DNA of 49,450 bases from an uncultured Methanosarcinales archaeon (GCA_964593285.1 CAZQHZ010000010.1:1-49450); one strand, 5' to 3'. Shown: positions 1 to 9,470, numbered from the stretch's first letter. Notes: generated from the sequence alone by a model not told the origin. Numbers and translations: made by a program.

Positions 1-128
1 TGGCTTTTTTAATTTCAATAAAAAAATAAAAAACAACACAAATTAAAAAAAATATAGTTGAAATAAATACTAGTTTAATAATAAAATCTAAAATTTTTAA
101 TTTTTTTTACCATTTTTATTTAAATAAG

Positions 129-878
129 TCAAAATAATAAAGATAAACAACTTAAACTTCCATCCATTTTTCTAAATTCACTCATATCTAATTCAATAGT
201 TTTATAATTCATATTTTTAAATTTTATCTTATCTTTAAAACCTTTTGCTATTAAAAGAAAATCATTAATAAAAAGACAATTAGCATAATAATCCTGGTTA
301 TCATTTACTATTAAAACATTTGAATCTTTAAAATAATTAGAATAATTTTTTATGCAAATAAAATTATTATATCCAATATAACTAACTCCAGAATCTAAAT
401 GGGGTTGTTTTTTAACTTTAATTTCAGATGAAGAGTAATTATATTTTTCTAAAATGTTAGACAATTGCTTTGAGCCATTTAAATTAGTTCTTTTGGATCT
501 TCCAATAAAAAAATGTTTATTAAATTTTACAACGTCACCACCTTCTATTGTACCTTTTTCTTTAATTTTTTTAATTGTTTTATATTTAGAAAGAATTTTT
601 TGAATTTCTTTTTCTTCACCTTGTCTAGATTTATATTTTAATTTAGTTATTATTGCTATTTTATTTAGTATAATTGCAGTATCTTCAACAAAACAAGAAT
701 CTGGAAATTTATCATCTGCATCTAAAACAATTAGCTTTAAACCACATTTTAAAAGTGCTTCATAATAATTAAAATGTTGCTTTAATGTTTTTTTATAATT
801 TGGTTTACCCAAATTAGAAGTAGTAATACCTTTATGGAAATTAATTGACGGTTTTCTAACAATAGCATATTTAAACAT
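129..878 (-). CDS. Dimethylarginine dimethylaminohydrolase / amidinotransferase-family (pentein) enzyme
   Basis: FPDSCFVED, R.GE, EGGDV, HL and C-terminal EFRKMDGSLSCLS with catalytic Cys. Confidence 0.85.
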   Translation of the reverse strand: MFKYAIVRKPSINFHKGITTSNLGKPNYKKTLKQHFNYYEALLKCGLKLIVLDADDKFPDSCFVEDTAIILNKIAIITKLKYKSRQGEEKEIQKILSKYKTIKKIKEKGTIEGGDVVKFNKHFFIGRSKRTNLNGSKQLSNILEKYNYSSSEIKVKKQPHLDSGVSYIGYNNFICIKNYSNYFKDSNVLIVNDNQDYYANCLFINDFLLIAKGFKDKIKFKNMNYKTIELDMSEFRKMDGSLSCLSLLF

Positions 879-1110
879 AATAATTTTAAAATTAAATTAT
901 TTATAAATTTTTTCAACAAAACAAACAGCTATTTAATTCCCAAACAATTTTTCAATTAAAATACAAAACTTATAAAATATTTTATAAAAAATAAATTAAT
1001 TATGAAAATAATTAATTTTATAAAGAATTTAAATATAATAAAAAAGTATTTTAAAATATTAAAAATATTATTTTAATTGAATAAAATAAATTTAAATAAA
1101 TAAACTAAAA

Positions 1111-2067
1111 ATGACTAAACCAAAATTACAATATTTTTTAACTCTACTTTTTACAATAATTATATTATTTTTTATATTTAAACAAATTAATTTTAATTTA
1201 TTATTAAATGAAATTAAAAATATCAATATATATTGGTTAATCTTTTCATATTTATTATTAATTTTTCCTATTTCTTTTACTGCAATAAAGTGGAAAATTT
1301 TAATTAGTGATTATAAAAAAATAACTTTTTATGATTCATTAAAATTACATTTTGTGATGGAGTCTTTTTCAATTATTACACCTTTAAAAATGGGAGATTT
1401 TATTAATGCTTTTTATAAAAATGATAATAAATTTAATAGAAAAATAGGTGTTGGTGCGAGCATATTTGAAAAACTTATTGATTTAATAACTTTAAGTATA
1501 TTTGGTTTATTTGGAATAATATATTTTTTTGATTATAAAATAATAATTATTTTTATAACAATTTCATTAATTATTATTACTGGATTTATTTTTGTAACTT
1601 TATTTATGAATACTAATAAAGATGGAATTTTCATGAAAATAATAATTAAAATAATTCCATTTAAAAAAATTACAAAAATAATTAATGATATTATAATATA
1701 CTATTCAAAAATAAGGAGAAAACCTATAAAAATAATAAAAGCATTTCTACTTTCATTTTTAACTTATTTTTTTTTTATAATTCAAGGATATTTTTTATTT
1801 TATGCAATTGGTGTTAATCTTGAATTATTTTTTGTATTAAAAGTTATAATATTAGGACTTATTATAGGTATGATTCCAGTTACATTAGCAGGAATTGGTA
1901 CTAGAGATGGTATTTTTATATTACTATTAAGTGGAATACTAAGTTATGAAATTATAGTATTGTATGCACTTTTATTTAGTTTAGGATATATATTAATTGC
2001 ATTAATTGGTCTTATTTGGATAAAAGAAATAATAAATAATTTGAATTTTAAAATAAAAAATTATTAG
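1111..2067 (+). CDS. Lysylphosphatidylglycerol-synthase-TM / UPF0104 flippase-like membrane protein
   Basis: Multi-TM; KWKILI, TPLKMGD, EKLIDL, IPVTLAGIGTRD motifs; next to a GT2 gene. Confidence 0.8.
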   Translation: MTKPKLQYFLTLLFTIIILFFIFKQINFNLLLNEIKNINIYWLIFSYLLLIFPISFTAIKWKILISDYKKITFYDSLKLHFVMESFSIITPLKMGDFINAFYKNDNKFNRKIGVGASIFEKLIDLITLSIFGLFGIIYFFDYKIIIIFITISLIIITGFIFVTLFMNTNKDGIFMKIIIKIIPFKKITKIINDIIIYYSKIRRKPIKIIKAFLLSFLTYFFFIIQGYFLFYAIGVNLELFFVLKVIILGLIIGMIPVTLAGIGTRDGIFILLLSGILSYEIIVLYALLFSLGYILIALIGLIWIKEIINNLNFKIKNY

Positions 2068-2766
2068 TTACTTTAAAAAAGATCTTAAAAAATAAAAGAT
2101 GTGCCATTTATTAAGTTTTGAAACATTTTTTTTTCTTTTAGCAAAATTAAACATAATTTCTTTAATTTTTATTTTTTTATTATAAGATTTTAAAAAGTCA
2201 AACAATATCTTATATCCTTTTAATTCATATTTATTATTATTTTTAATTATAGAATTTAATATGATTTCTTTTTTAATTCCAAAAAAACCAGATAAGGGAT
2301 CTTTTGAAAAATTTTTATTTTTTATGATAAGTTTAATTTTTGCAATTGAATTTGCAAAATTTGAAATTAATCTTCTAAATAAATTTATTTCTTTAATATT
2401 TTTTCTGATAGCAATTACTAAGTCATAAGTATTTAAATTATTTAAAATATCAATAATTTTTTCTGGAGGATGCTGAAAATCTGCATCCATAACTACAATA
2501 TATTTAGTTTTTGAAATTTTTATTGCATCAATAACACTTATAGCTAAACCCTTTATTTTTTTATTTTTTCTATCTAAGAAAATTATATTTTTTTTTAAAT
2601 TTTCAACAATTTTTTTTGTTAAATCAACTGAACCATCATCTGAAATAATTATATTTATTTTTGGGTATAATTTAAGAATTAAATTTATTAAATCACCAAT
2701 ATTTTTTTCTTCATTTAATGTAGGTATTATTACTGTATAATTTTCAAATGTTTTTGTTTTTTCCAT
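2068..2766 (-). CDS. GT2 glycosyltransferase, polyprenol-phosphate mannose synthase-like
   Basis: IIPTLNEEKNI, DDGSVD, VMDADFQHPPE, DPLSGFF. Confidence 0.88.
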   Translation of the reverse strand: MEKTKTFENYTVIIPTLNEEKNIGDLINLILKLYPKINIIISDDGSVDLTKKIVENLKKNIIFLDRKNKKIKGLAISVIDAIKISKTKYIVVMDADFQHPPEKIIDILNNLNTYDLVIAIRKNIKEINLFRRLISNFANSIAKIKLIIKNKNFSKDPLSGFFGIKKEIILNSIIKNNNKYELKGYKILFDFLKSYNKKIKIKEIMFNFAKRKKNVSKLNKWHIFYFLRSFLK

Positions 2767-2780
2767 CTATGCCTTTTAAT

Positions 2781-3188
2781 TTAATCTTTATTTATTTTTT
2801 TTAAAATTTCTTCTGCTTCATTTTCTTCATATTTTAAATGTCTCCAATTTATTTTTAATTCATCATCACTAAACCTTGGAATAATATGAAAATGAATGTG
2901 TGGTACAATTTGACCTGAAACTTTTTTGTTATTATTTACTATATTAAATCCGTCTGCATTTAAATTTTTAAATACTTTTTTTGAAACTTTTTGTAATGAT
3001 TTTGTTAAATTACAAAATTCTTCTTCACTAATTTCAAGAACAGTTTCGTAATGTTTTTTTGGAATAACTAATACATGACCTTTATTTGCAGGAGAAATAT
3101 CTAAAAAAGCCAAAGTATTTTCATCTTCATAAACCTTAAAACACGGTATTTCTCCTTTAACAATTTTACAAAAAATACAATCATTCAT
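2781..3188 (-). CDS. hit: HIT family nucleotide hydrolase
   Basis: DCIFCKIV, GHVLVIPKKH, histidine triad HIHFHIIPR; SD-like AAGGTGG upstream. Confidence 0.93.
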   Translation of the reverse strand: MNDCIFCKIVKGEIPCFKVYEDENTLAFLDISPANKGHVLVIPKKHYETVLEISEEEFCNLTKSLQKVSKKVFKNLNADGFNIVNNNKKVSGQIVPHIHFHIIPRFSDDELKINWRHLKYEENEAEEILKKINKD

Positions 3189-3229
3189 TTAAACCACCTT
3201 TTTTATTTTAATTTTTTTTAATATAAAAA

Positions 3230-3940
3230 TTATTCTAAAGTAAAATAAACCCTTCTATTCATCTTACCTTTATTTTCAATTTTTAATAAATTAATCTTAC
3301 CAATTTCAGATAATTTTTTGACATGCGTTCCTGCATCTGGCTGTGAATCAAAATTATCAATTTCAACAATTCTTATTTTATCTATATTGTTATTAAACCC
3401 AATTGATAATTTTATTAAATCAGGATTTTTTAATAATTCATCTTTTGTAATATAATATGTTTTTATGTCTAAATCTTTTTTTATTAATTCATTTGCCTCA
3501 CTAATTAAATTTTCAATTAATTCTCTATTAAAATTATCTAAATTAAAATCAATTCTTCCTTTATCTTCATATAATTGATTTCCTGTAATTTTTGCATTTG
3601 TTTTTTTTGAAAAAATTCCAGATATTAAATGTGCGGTGGTATGATATCTCATTAATTTATATCTTCTATTCCAATCTATATTAATTTTTAATTCATCGCC
3701 TTCACTTAAATTATTCTCTTCTAAAATATGAATAACTTCGCCATCTTTTTTTATGCAATTAATAACATTAAACTTTTTATTAACACTTAATCTTAAAAAA
3801 CTACCAACATCATTTAATTGTCCACCACTATTTGGATAAAATATTGTTTTATCTAATATAACTTCATTGTTATTAATTTTAACAATTTTTGCAGTAGCTT
3901 CTTTTAAATATGCATCCTCTAAATAAATTAATTTTGTCAT
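3230..3940 (-). CDS. alaX: AlaX-M alanyl-tRNA editing protein (start moved to ATG at 3940)
   Basis: LDKTIFYPNSGGQLND, MRYHTTAHL, DAGTHV; stand-alone AlaRS editing domain. Confidence 0.88.
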   Translation of the reverse strand: MTKLIYLEDAYLKEATAKIVKINNNEVILDKTIFYPNSGGQLNDVGSFLRLSVNKKFNVINCIKKDGEVIHILEENNLSEGDELKINIDWNRRYKLMRYHTTAHLISGIFSKKTNAKITGNQLYEDKGRIDFNLDNFNRELIENLISEANELIKKDLDIKTYYITKDELLKNPDLIKLSIGFNNNIDKIRIVEIDNFDSQPDAGTHVKKLSEIGKINLLKIENKGKMNRRVYFTLE

Positions 3941-4038
3941 TTTAATAAAAGAAAGAGGCAATTATTTATAATATTTATTGATAAAAATATAAATAATCCG
4001 AAAATAATATAAATAAAATAAATAATTAATTTTTTACT

Positions 4039-4809
4039 ATGAGAACAAAAATAATTGCTGCAAACTGGAAAATGTATAAAAATACAAAAGAAACAATTTC
4101 TTTTTTAAAAAATATTTCATCAAAATTAAAAGATGTAAATAATAAAGAAATAATAATTGCACCATCTTTTACTAGCCTTGAAAAAGCAAAAGAATATCTT
4201 TATAAAAATAATTTTAATAATGTAAAATTAGCTTGCCAAAATATTAATTCTAAAGATTATGCTGCATTAACCGGAGAAATTTCGCCTTTAATGGTTAAAG
4301 ATTTTGTAAATTATGCTATTGTTGGCCATTCTGAGAGAAGAATATTTTTTAATGAGACAAATAAAATTATTTCAGAAAAACTAATTAGTGCATTTAAACA
4401 TAACTTAATTCCAATTTTATGTATTGGAGAAACAAAAGAAGAACGTGAAAATAATAATTATAAAGATGCAATAATTACTATGCTTAAAAAATCTTTAGAA
4501 AATGTAGATAAAGAAGATATTAAAAAAATAATTGTTGCATATGAACCAATATGGGCTATTAGTAATGGAGATCCATCAACAATTCCTGCAACACCAGAAA
4601 TAGCACAAGAAATGCATTTAATTATTAGAAATTTTTTTAAAACAATAATTAATGAATATGCAAACAATATAAGAATTTTATATGGTGGAAGCGTTAAAGA
4701 AGATAATATTAAAGAATTTATGAATAAAGATGACATTGATGGCGTTTTAGTTGGTGGTGCAAGTTTAGATTTTGAAAAATTTGAAAAAATAATAAAATAT
4801 GATTATTAA
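4039..4809 (+). CDS. tpiA: Triosephosphate isomerase (bacterial/eukaryotic long type)
   Basis: AANWKM, GHSERR, AYEPIWAI, LYGGSV, LVGGASL. Confidence 0.96.
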   Translation: MRTKIIAANWKMYKNTKETISFLKNISSKLKDVNNKEIIIAPSFTSLEKAKEYLYKNNFNNVKLACQNINSKDYAALTGEISPLMVKDFVNYAIVGHSERRIFFNETNKIISEKLISAFKHNLIPILCIGETKEERENNNYKDAIITMLKKSLENVDKEDIKKIIVAYEPIWAISNGDPSTIPATPEIAQEMHLIIRNFFKTIINEYANNIRILYGGSVKEDNIKEFMNKDDIDGVLVGGASLDFEKFEKIIKYDY

Positions 4810-5342
4810 ATTACTTTAATTATAAAAACTTTTTTTGTATCATAAATTTCATCATCTGCTGTATTAACTTCTAGAAAATATTGATAAGTTCCAGGTATTA
4901 CATCTTTTGAAACACTAATAAATAATGGCTGTATTGTAAAACCTCGTGAATTATCTATCTCAACTAATGTATGGTCGCCATTTAAATGTGTAAATTTAGG
5001 GAAGTGAGTTGGACTAATTTGTTGATTTTGATTATTATATGCTTTATTAAAAATTGTAGATACTTTAAATTCATCTTCTGATGTAACATTTTTTATCCCA
5101 TAATATAAATTAGCATGTTCGTTTCTATTTATATTTATTTTAATTTTAGGTATTGCAACACTTGAGCCACTTGTTTTAAAAACATGTAAAATTTCATCTT
5201 CAACTTCTGTTGGTATTACTAAATCTTTTGTATCACCAATAATTTTAGTAAGAATTAAAATGCCAAGACCAAGCATTGCTAATGATAAAATTACCATAAC
5301 TATAAAATTAATTGATAATTCCATTGAAGCTTTTTTTTTCAT
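4806..5342 (-). CDS. Class III signal-peptide (type IV pilin-like) protein
   Basis: MKKKA-SMELSINFIVMVILSLAMLGLG: basic leader, Ala at -1, hydrophobic helix; beta-rich C-terminus; paralog of 5344..5931. Confidence 0.72.
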   Translation of the reverse strand: MKKKASMELSINFIVMVILSLAMLGLGILILTKIIGDTKDLVIPTEVEDEILHVFKTSGSSVAIPKIKININRNEHANLYYGIKNVTSEDEFKVSTIFNKAYNNQNQQISPTHFPKFTHLNGDHTLVEIDNSRGFTIQPLFISVSKDVIPGTYQYFLEVNTADDEIYDTKKVFIIKVI

Positions 5343-5343
5343 T

Positions 5344-5931
5344 TTAAATAACATTAACTACAAAGGTTCTTTCTAAACCATGTTGTTGTCGATTACCTTT
5401 AACTCTTAAATTATATAAATACATTCCAGGTATTACATCTTTTTCTACCGTTATAAAAATTGGTATAACTTGTTGGTTAAGGTAATCAATTGTTATATCA
5501 TCATCATTTACATGAGTCCAAATTTTATCAGGACCACAATCATTATTACAATCTGCTCCTACATCTGTATCACAGATAGTATCAAAATCTAGATTATTTT
5601 TAAAGGCTTTTTTACAAGTTATTTGTAGTTCAAAGGTTGCTCCATCACTTATATTATTTCTAATTCCAACACCCAAAACATCTCTGCCACCTCTTTGTAT
5701 ATCTGCTTTATAGTAAGGAAATGCAACAACTTCATTTGTATTTAAAAGTATTCGCTCAATTTCACGTTTTGCATCTTCATCTAAAGAATCTTTTATTCCA
5801 CTAGTTCCTGTAACAATTTGATATAAAAATGTAACACCAAGACCAAGCATTATTAGTGATAAAATTAGCATTACAATAAAATTAATTGATAAACTTAAAG
5901 ATGCTTTTTTTTTAAATAAGATCTTGTGCAT
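5344..5931 (-). CDS. Class III signal-peptide (type IV pilin-like) protein
   Basis: KKKA-SLSLSINFIVMLILSLIMLGLG; shares KDVIPG.Y.Y.L.V C-terminal motif with 4806..5342. Confidence 0.72.
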   Translation of the reverse strand: MHKILFKKKASLSLSINFIVMLILSLIMLGLGVTFLYQIVTGTSGIKDSLDEDAKREIERILLNTNEVVAFPYYKADIQRGGRDVLGVGIRNNISDGATFELQITCKKAFKNNLDFDTICDTDVGADCNNDCGPDKIWTHVNDDDITIDYLNQQVIPIFITVEKDVIPGMYLYNLRVKGNRQQHGLERTFVVNVI

Positions 5932-6715
5932 TTTTTACATCAACCATTACTAATTTTTCACTAAAACTTCTATCAAAATCTCCTCTTTTAATTCTTTCTT
6001 CATCTGTTCGTGAATCAATTGATTTATATTCATAAAAAAATCTCATGCTAGCAGATTCTTCCATTTCTAAACTATCAGAAGTATAAGTTATTGGAACATT
6101 TGTTTTAAAACTACTTCCAACAGAATCTAATTTTCCATTAAAATTATTATTTCTACCAAATAATTTATTGCCACTACCAACAATTTGAATTTCTGTTATT
6201 TTAAGATTTGAAAAATCTTTATCTGTATCTCTTAATTCAACTTCAATTTCTAACCTATCATGATTTATAACTAATGGTTTTTTAACATTTACAGAAATTG
6301 ATAAACTATTGCCTAAAACACCACTATCAAATATGAATGGTACTGTTTGCTGTGAATCTGTATCAATATCAACAATGCATTTATTTTTAGAACACATCTT
6401 TTGTAAATATTCACTATGAATTTCCTTGGTTCTAGTTCTTGTTTCAATTTCATCAATAAGTAAATTACCTTCACATGTATCTTCTAGGCAGTCATCTGGA
6501 CAATTACAATAATTTTCTCCTTCTTCACAAATACCATTACCACAACATTCTAAAATTGGTTTATGTTCGCATTTATATTCTTCACAGACTGCATTAAAGC
6601 AAGTTCCTCTTGTATTTTTACATTCACTACTAGTTTCACACTCTTTTTCTTTGCAACCAAAAGCAAAAAAAAGAGATATTAGTAAAAAAATAATTAATAA
6701 ATATTTTAATTTCAT
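5912..6715 (-). CDS. Secreted Cys-rich putative lipoprotein
   Basis: Signal peptide ending FAFGC; CCGNGICEEGENYCNCPDDC disulfide-rich module. Confidence 0.65.
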   Translation of the reverse strand: MKLKYLLIIFLLISLFFAFGCKEKECETSSECKNTRGTCFNAVCEEYKCEHKPILECCGNGICEEGENYCNCPDDCLEDTCEGNLLIDEIETRTRTKEIHSEYLQKMCSKNKCIVDIDTDSQQTVPFIFDSGVLGNSLSISVNVKKPLVINHDRLEIEVELRDTDKDFSNLKITEIQIVGSGNKLFGRNNNFNGKLDSVGSSFKTNVPITYTSDSLEMEESASMRFFYEYKSIDSRTDEERIKRGDFDRSFSEKLVMVDVKNAQDLI

Positions 6716-6732
6716 TTTTCATATACACCTAA

Positions 6733-6951
6733 TTATTTTCTTATTTCATATTCTTTAATTAAAAGCAACATAAATAAAATTAAAATAATTGCTCCAATTA
6801 TCATTAAAGATAAACCATGTGTGAAATTATCAATAGTTCTAAGTGCTATAAATAAACCAAAAGCCATAATACCAAAGCCTAGCCATAAAAATTTATCTAA
6901 AACTAATTTCATAATTTCAAATTCTTGTTGTTGTGTTAATTTTTTTTTCAT
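6733..6951 (-). CDS. Small two-TM membrane protein
   Basis: Two hydrophobic helices; SD-like GGTGA upstream; within the pilin-like cluster. Confidence 0.65.
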   Translation of the reverse strand: MKKKLTQQQEFEIMKLVLDKFLWLGFGIMAFGLFIALRTIDNFTHGLSLMIIGAIILILFMLLLIKEYEIRK

Positions 6952-6970
6952 AATAAATCACCATTTAAAT

Positions 6971-7492
6971 TTATACTACATGTAAAAAAAATGAATGTTT
7001 TGCAAAAGAGTCATCTGCGTTTACAACTTCAATTGTACAAATATAAGTTCCTTTAACATATCCTAATTCATCTTCTGGCTCTTCTAAATTAATAAACATT
7101 CTATAAGCAACGGCCTGACTTGGTTTAATTTCGGTTTCAGGTAATGTAGTTATTGTTGGTAAAGTATCAATTGGAGAACTTTCTCCTTGTCTTATACATT
7201 GTGATATTTCAAGGTATACATCATTTATAGGTGTAGATTCTTTATTATAAAAACCCATATTAAAACTAGCAGATTCTCCTTGTGGTACATTTATATCTTG
7301 TGGGAATGCAATTGGTCTATCAGCAGTTGGTGGATTTTCTAAATCATGTAATCCAATAGCCTCTGTTGTTTGTGTTAATAAAGTATCTTTTAAGAAATTT
7401 ACAAATACAATTCCAACTCCAAGTAATGCAAATGCTAAAACTAATACAACTATAGCATTTACTGATAAAGACATCGACGCTTTTTTTTTCAT
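6971..7492 (-). CDS. Class III signal-peptide (type IV pilin-like) protein
   Basis: MKKKA-SMSLSVNAIVVLVLAFALLGVG; GAGGTG SD upstream; Ig-like beta-rich body. Confidence 0.72.
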   Translation of the reverse strand: MKKKASMSLSVNAIVVLVLAFALLGVGIVFVNFLKDTLLTQTTEAIGLHDLENPPTADRPIAFPQDINVPQGESASFNMGFYNKESTPINDVYLEISQCIRQGESSPIDTLPTITTLPETEIKPSQAVAYRMFINLEEPEDELGYVKGTYICTIEVVNADDSFAKHSFFLHVV

Positions 7493-7641
7493 ATTTAATA
7501 CACCTCTTTATTAAATAAATAAATCTAAATATATTCTATTTTTTAAAATTTATATATTTATAAATCTTTCGCTTAAAAAACAACCATAACATTTTTAAAT
7601 TGAAATAACATTCTTTTAAAATATAGAAAAGGTGATTTAAA

Positions 7642-7938
7642 ATGATGGAACTTGGTGGAAATATTACACTTTCTGGATTTAAAGATTTAGATAAAGATAC
7701 AATGATTATTATAAAAAAAATCATTGGAAGTTACATAAAAAAATTTAATGAAAAAAACAGTAAATTTCAAAGTTTTTCTGTGAATTTAAAAAAAACAGGA
7801 GAAACAGAAAATTCAGCTATTTTTGAACTTAAAGCAAATTTAATTGCAGATAAGCAATATAATGCTGAAACAAATGATAGAAATTTATTAATTGCAATTG
7901 ATAAATTATTAAAGAAATTAGATTCATTAGTAGAATAA
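7642..7938 (+). CDS. Stand-alone HPF/RaiA-like protein
   Basis: About 98 aa with beta-alpha-beta-beta-beta-alpha pattern; AETNDRNLLIAIDKLLKKL resembles the HPF C-terminal helix; AAGGTGA SD. Confidence 0.5.
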   Translation: MMELGGNITLSGFKDLDKDTMIIIKKIIGSYIKKFNEKNSKFQSFSVNLKKTGETENSAIFELKANLIADKQYNAETNDRNLLIAIDKLLKKLDSLVE

Positions 7939-7994
7939 ATAATTTATTTCTACATTTTTTTTATTAGTAAATAATTTAAAGGTTAATAATAATC

Positions 7995-8663
7995 ATGAAA
8001 ATTATGAATGTTATTGATATTAAAAATAAAATAGATCCAAAATTCTATAAAATTTTAAAGCAAAACATAATTGAATTTAGACCTTCACAAAAAAAAGCAA
8101 TAAACTCAGGATTACTAAATCAAAAAAATCTATTAGTTTGTACACCAACAGCTTCTGGAAAAACATTAATTGCAGAACTTGCAATGATAAATAATATTTA
8201 TAAAAAATTTGGAAAAGCATTATATATTGTTCCATTAAAAGCACTTGCAGTTGAAAAAAAAAAGGAATTTACAAGAAAATATCCCAATTTAAAAGTTGCA
8301 ATGTCTATTGGTGATGTTGATTCAAATGAAAGTTATCTTGCAAATTATGATTTAATAATTACAACTAGTGAAAAATTGGATTCATTAATAAGACATGATA
8401 CTCCATGGATTAATTATATAAAAACAATTGTTGTAGATGAAATACATTTATTAAATGATTATAAAAGGGGACCAACATTAGAATTTTTAATAACTTTATT
8501 AAAAATAATTTTGCCAAATATGCAATTTGTTGGTTTATCTGCAACAATTGGAAATCCAGAAGAATTAGCAAAATGGCTTAATGCTAACCTAGTTTTAGAT
8601 GAATGGCGACCTGTTGAATTACAAAAAGGAATTTTGTTTAACAATAAATTAGAATTTTATTAA
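7995..8663 (+). CDS. Hel308/Ski2-like SF2 helicase, first RecA domain only
   Basis: Q motif RPSQ, PTASGKT, VPLKAL, DEIH, LSATIGN, WRPV; stops at 222 aa. Confidence 0.85.
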   Translation: MKIMNVIDIKNKIDPKFYKILKQNIIEFRPSQKKAINSGLLNQKNLLVCTPTASGKTLIAELAMINNIYKKFGKALYIVPLKALAVEKKKEFTRKYPNLKVAMSIGDVDSNESYLANYDLIITTSEKLDSLIRHDTPWINYIKTIVVDEIHLLNDYKRGPTLEFLITLLKIILPNMQFVGLSATIGNPEELAKWLNANLVLDEWRPVELQKGILFNNKLEFY

Positions 8664-8677
8664 AAAAATATGAAAAA

Positions 8678-9457
8678 ATGGTTAATTTTTGGAAAATAGT
8701 AAATAGTGTTATTGAAGAATCAGATTTGATTTTAGAAGTTGTAGATTCAAGAATGCCAAAATTTTCAAGAAATGAAGAAATTGAAAAAAAAATTGAAAAG
8801 CAAAATAAAAAATTAATTATTGTATTAAATAAATGTGATTTAGTTGAAAAAGATGATTTAGATAAAATGAAAAAAAAGTTAAAAAATTCAGTATTTGTTT
8901 CAACAAAAAAAATGCTTGGAACAACTATTTTAAAGAAAAAAATTTTATCGCTTGGTGCTAAGGAAAAAATAGTTGTTGGGGTTGTTGGATTTCCAAATAC
9001 TGGAAAAAGTTCAATTATTAATGCAATTGCTGGAAAAAATAAAGCAAAAGCATCTTCTTATGCAGGTTTTACTAAAGGAATTCAAAAAATAAGAGCTTCA
9101 TCAAGAATTATGTTATTAGATACACCAGGAGTTATTCCTTTTAAGGAAAATGATGAATCAAGAGAAACAATTATTGCTGCAAAAAATCCTGCACAATTAG
9201 ATGATCCTGAGTATATTGCTCTTGAAATAATTAAATTAACAGATGAAAAAAGCATACTAAAAACATATAATATTGAGTATAATTTTACAGATGAAATAGA
9301 TGATGATATTTTAGAAAAAATTGCAATTAAAAAAAATCTTTTAAAGAAAGGTGGACTTGCAAACACAAAAGATGCTTCTATTATTGTAATAAAAGATTGG
9401 CAAACTGGAAAATTAAAACCAAAATTAGAAGATTTAGAAAAACAATTAATTGATTAA
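8678..9457 (+). CDS. RbgA/YlqF circularly permuted ribosome-biogenesis GTPase
   Basis: DSRMP, G4 NKCD before G1 GFPNTGKSS, G2 T and G3 DTPG. Confidence 0.9.
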   Translation: MVNFWKIVNSVIEESDLILEVVDSRMPKFSRNEEIEKKIEKQNKKLIIVLNKCDLVEKDDLDKMKKKLKNSVFVSTKKMLGTTILKKKILSLGAKEKIVVGVVGFPNTGKSSIINAIAGKNKAKASSYAGFTKGIQKIRASSRIMLLDTPGVIPFKENDESRETIIAAKNPAQLDDPEYIALEIIKLTDEKSILKTYNIEYNFTDEIDDDILEKIAIKKNLLKKGGLANTKDASIIVIKDWQTGKLKPKLEDLEKQLID

Positions 9458-9470
9458 TTAAAAAAAGGAA

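Noticed and set aside
4458..4736. Antisense ORF inside tpiA (also 8459..8644, 9082..9366, 13526..13879)
   Set aside because: Shadow frames of well-supported genes with no motifs.
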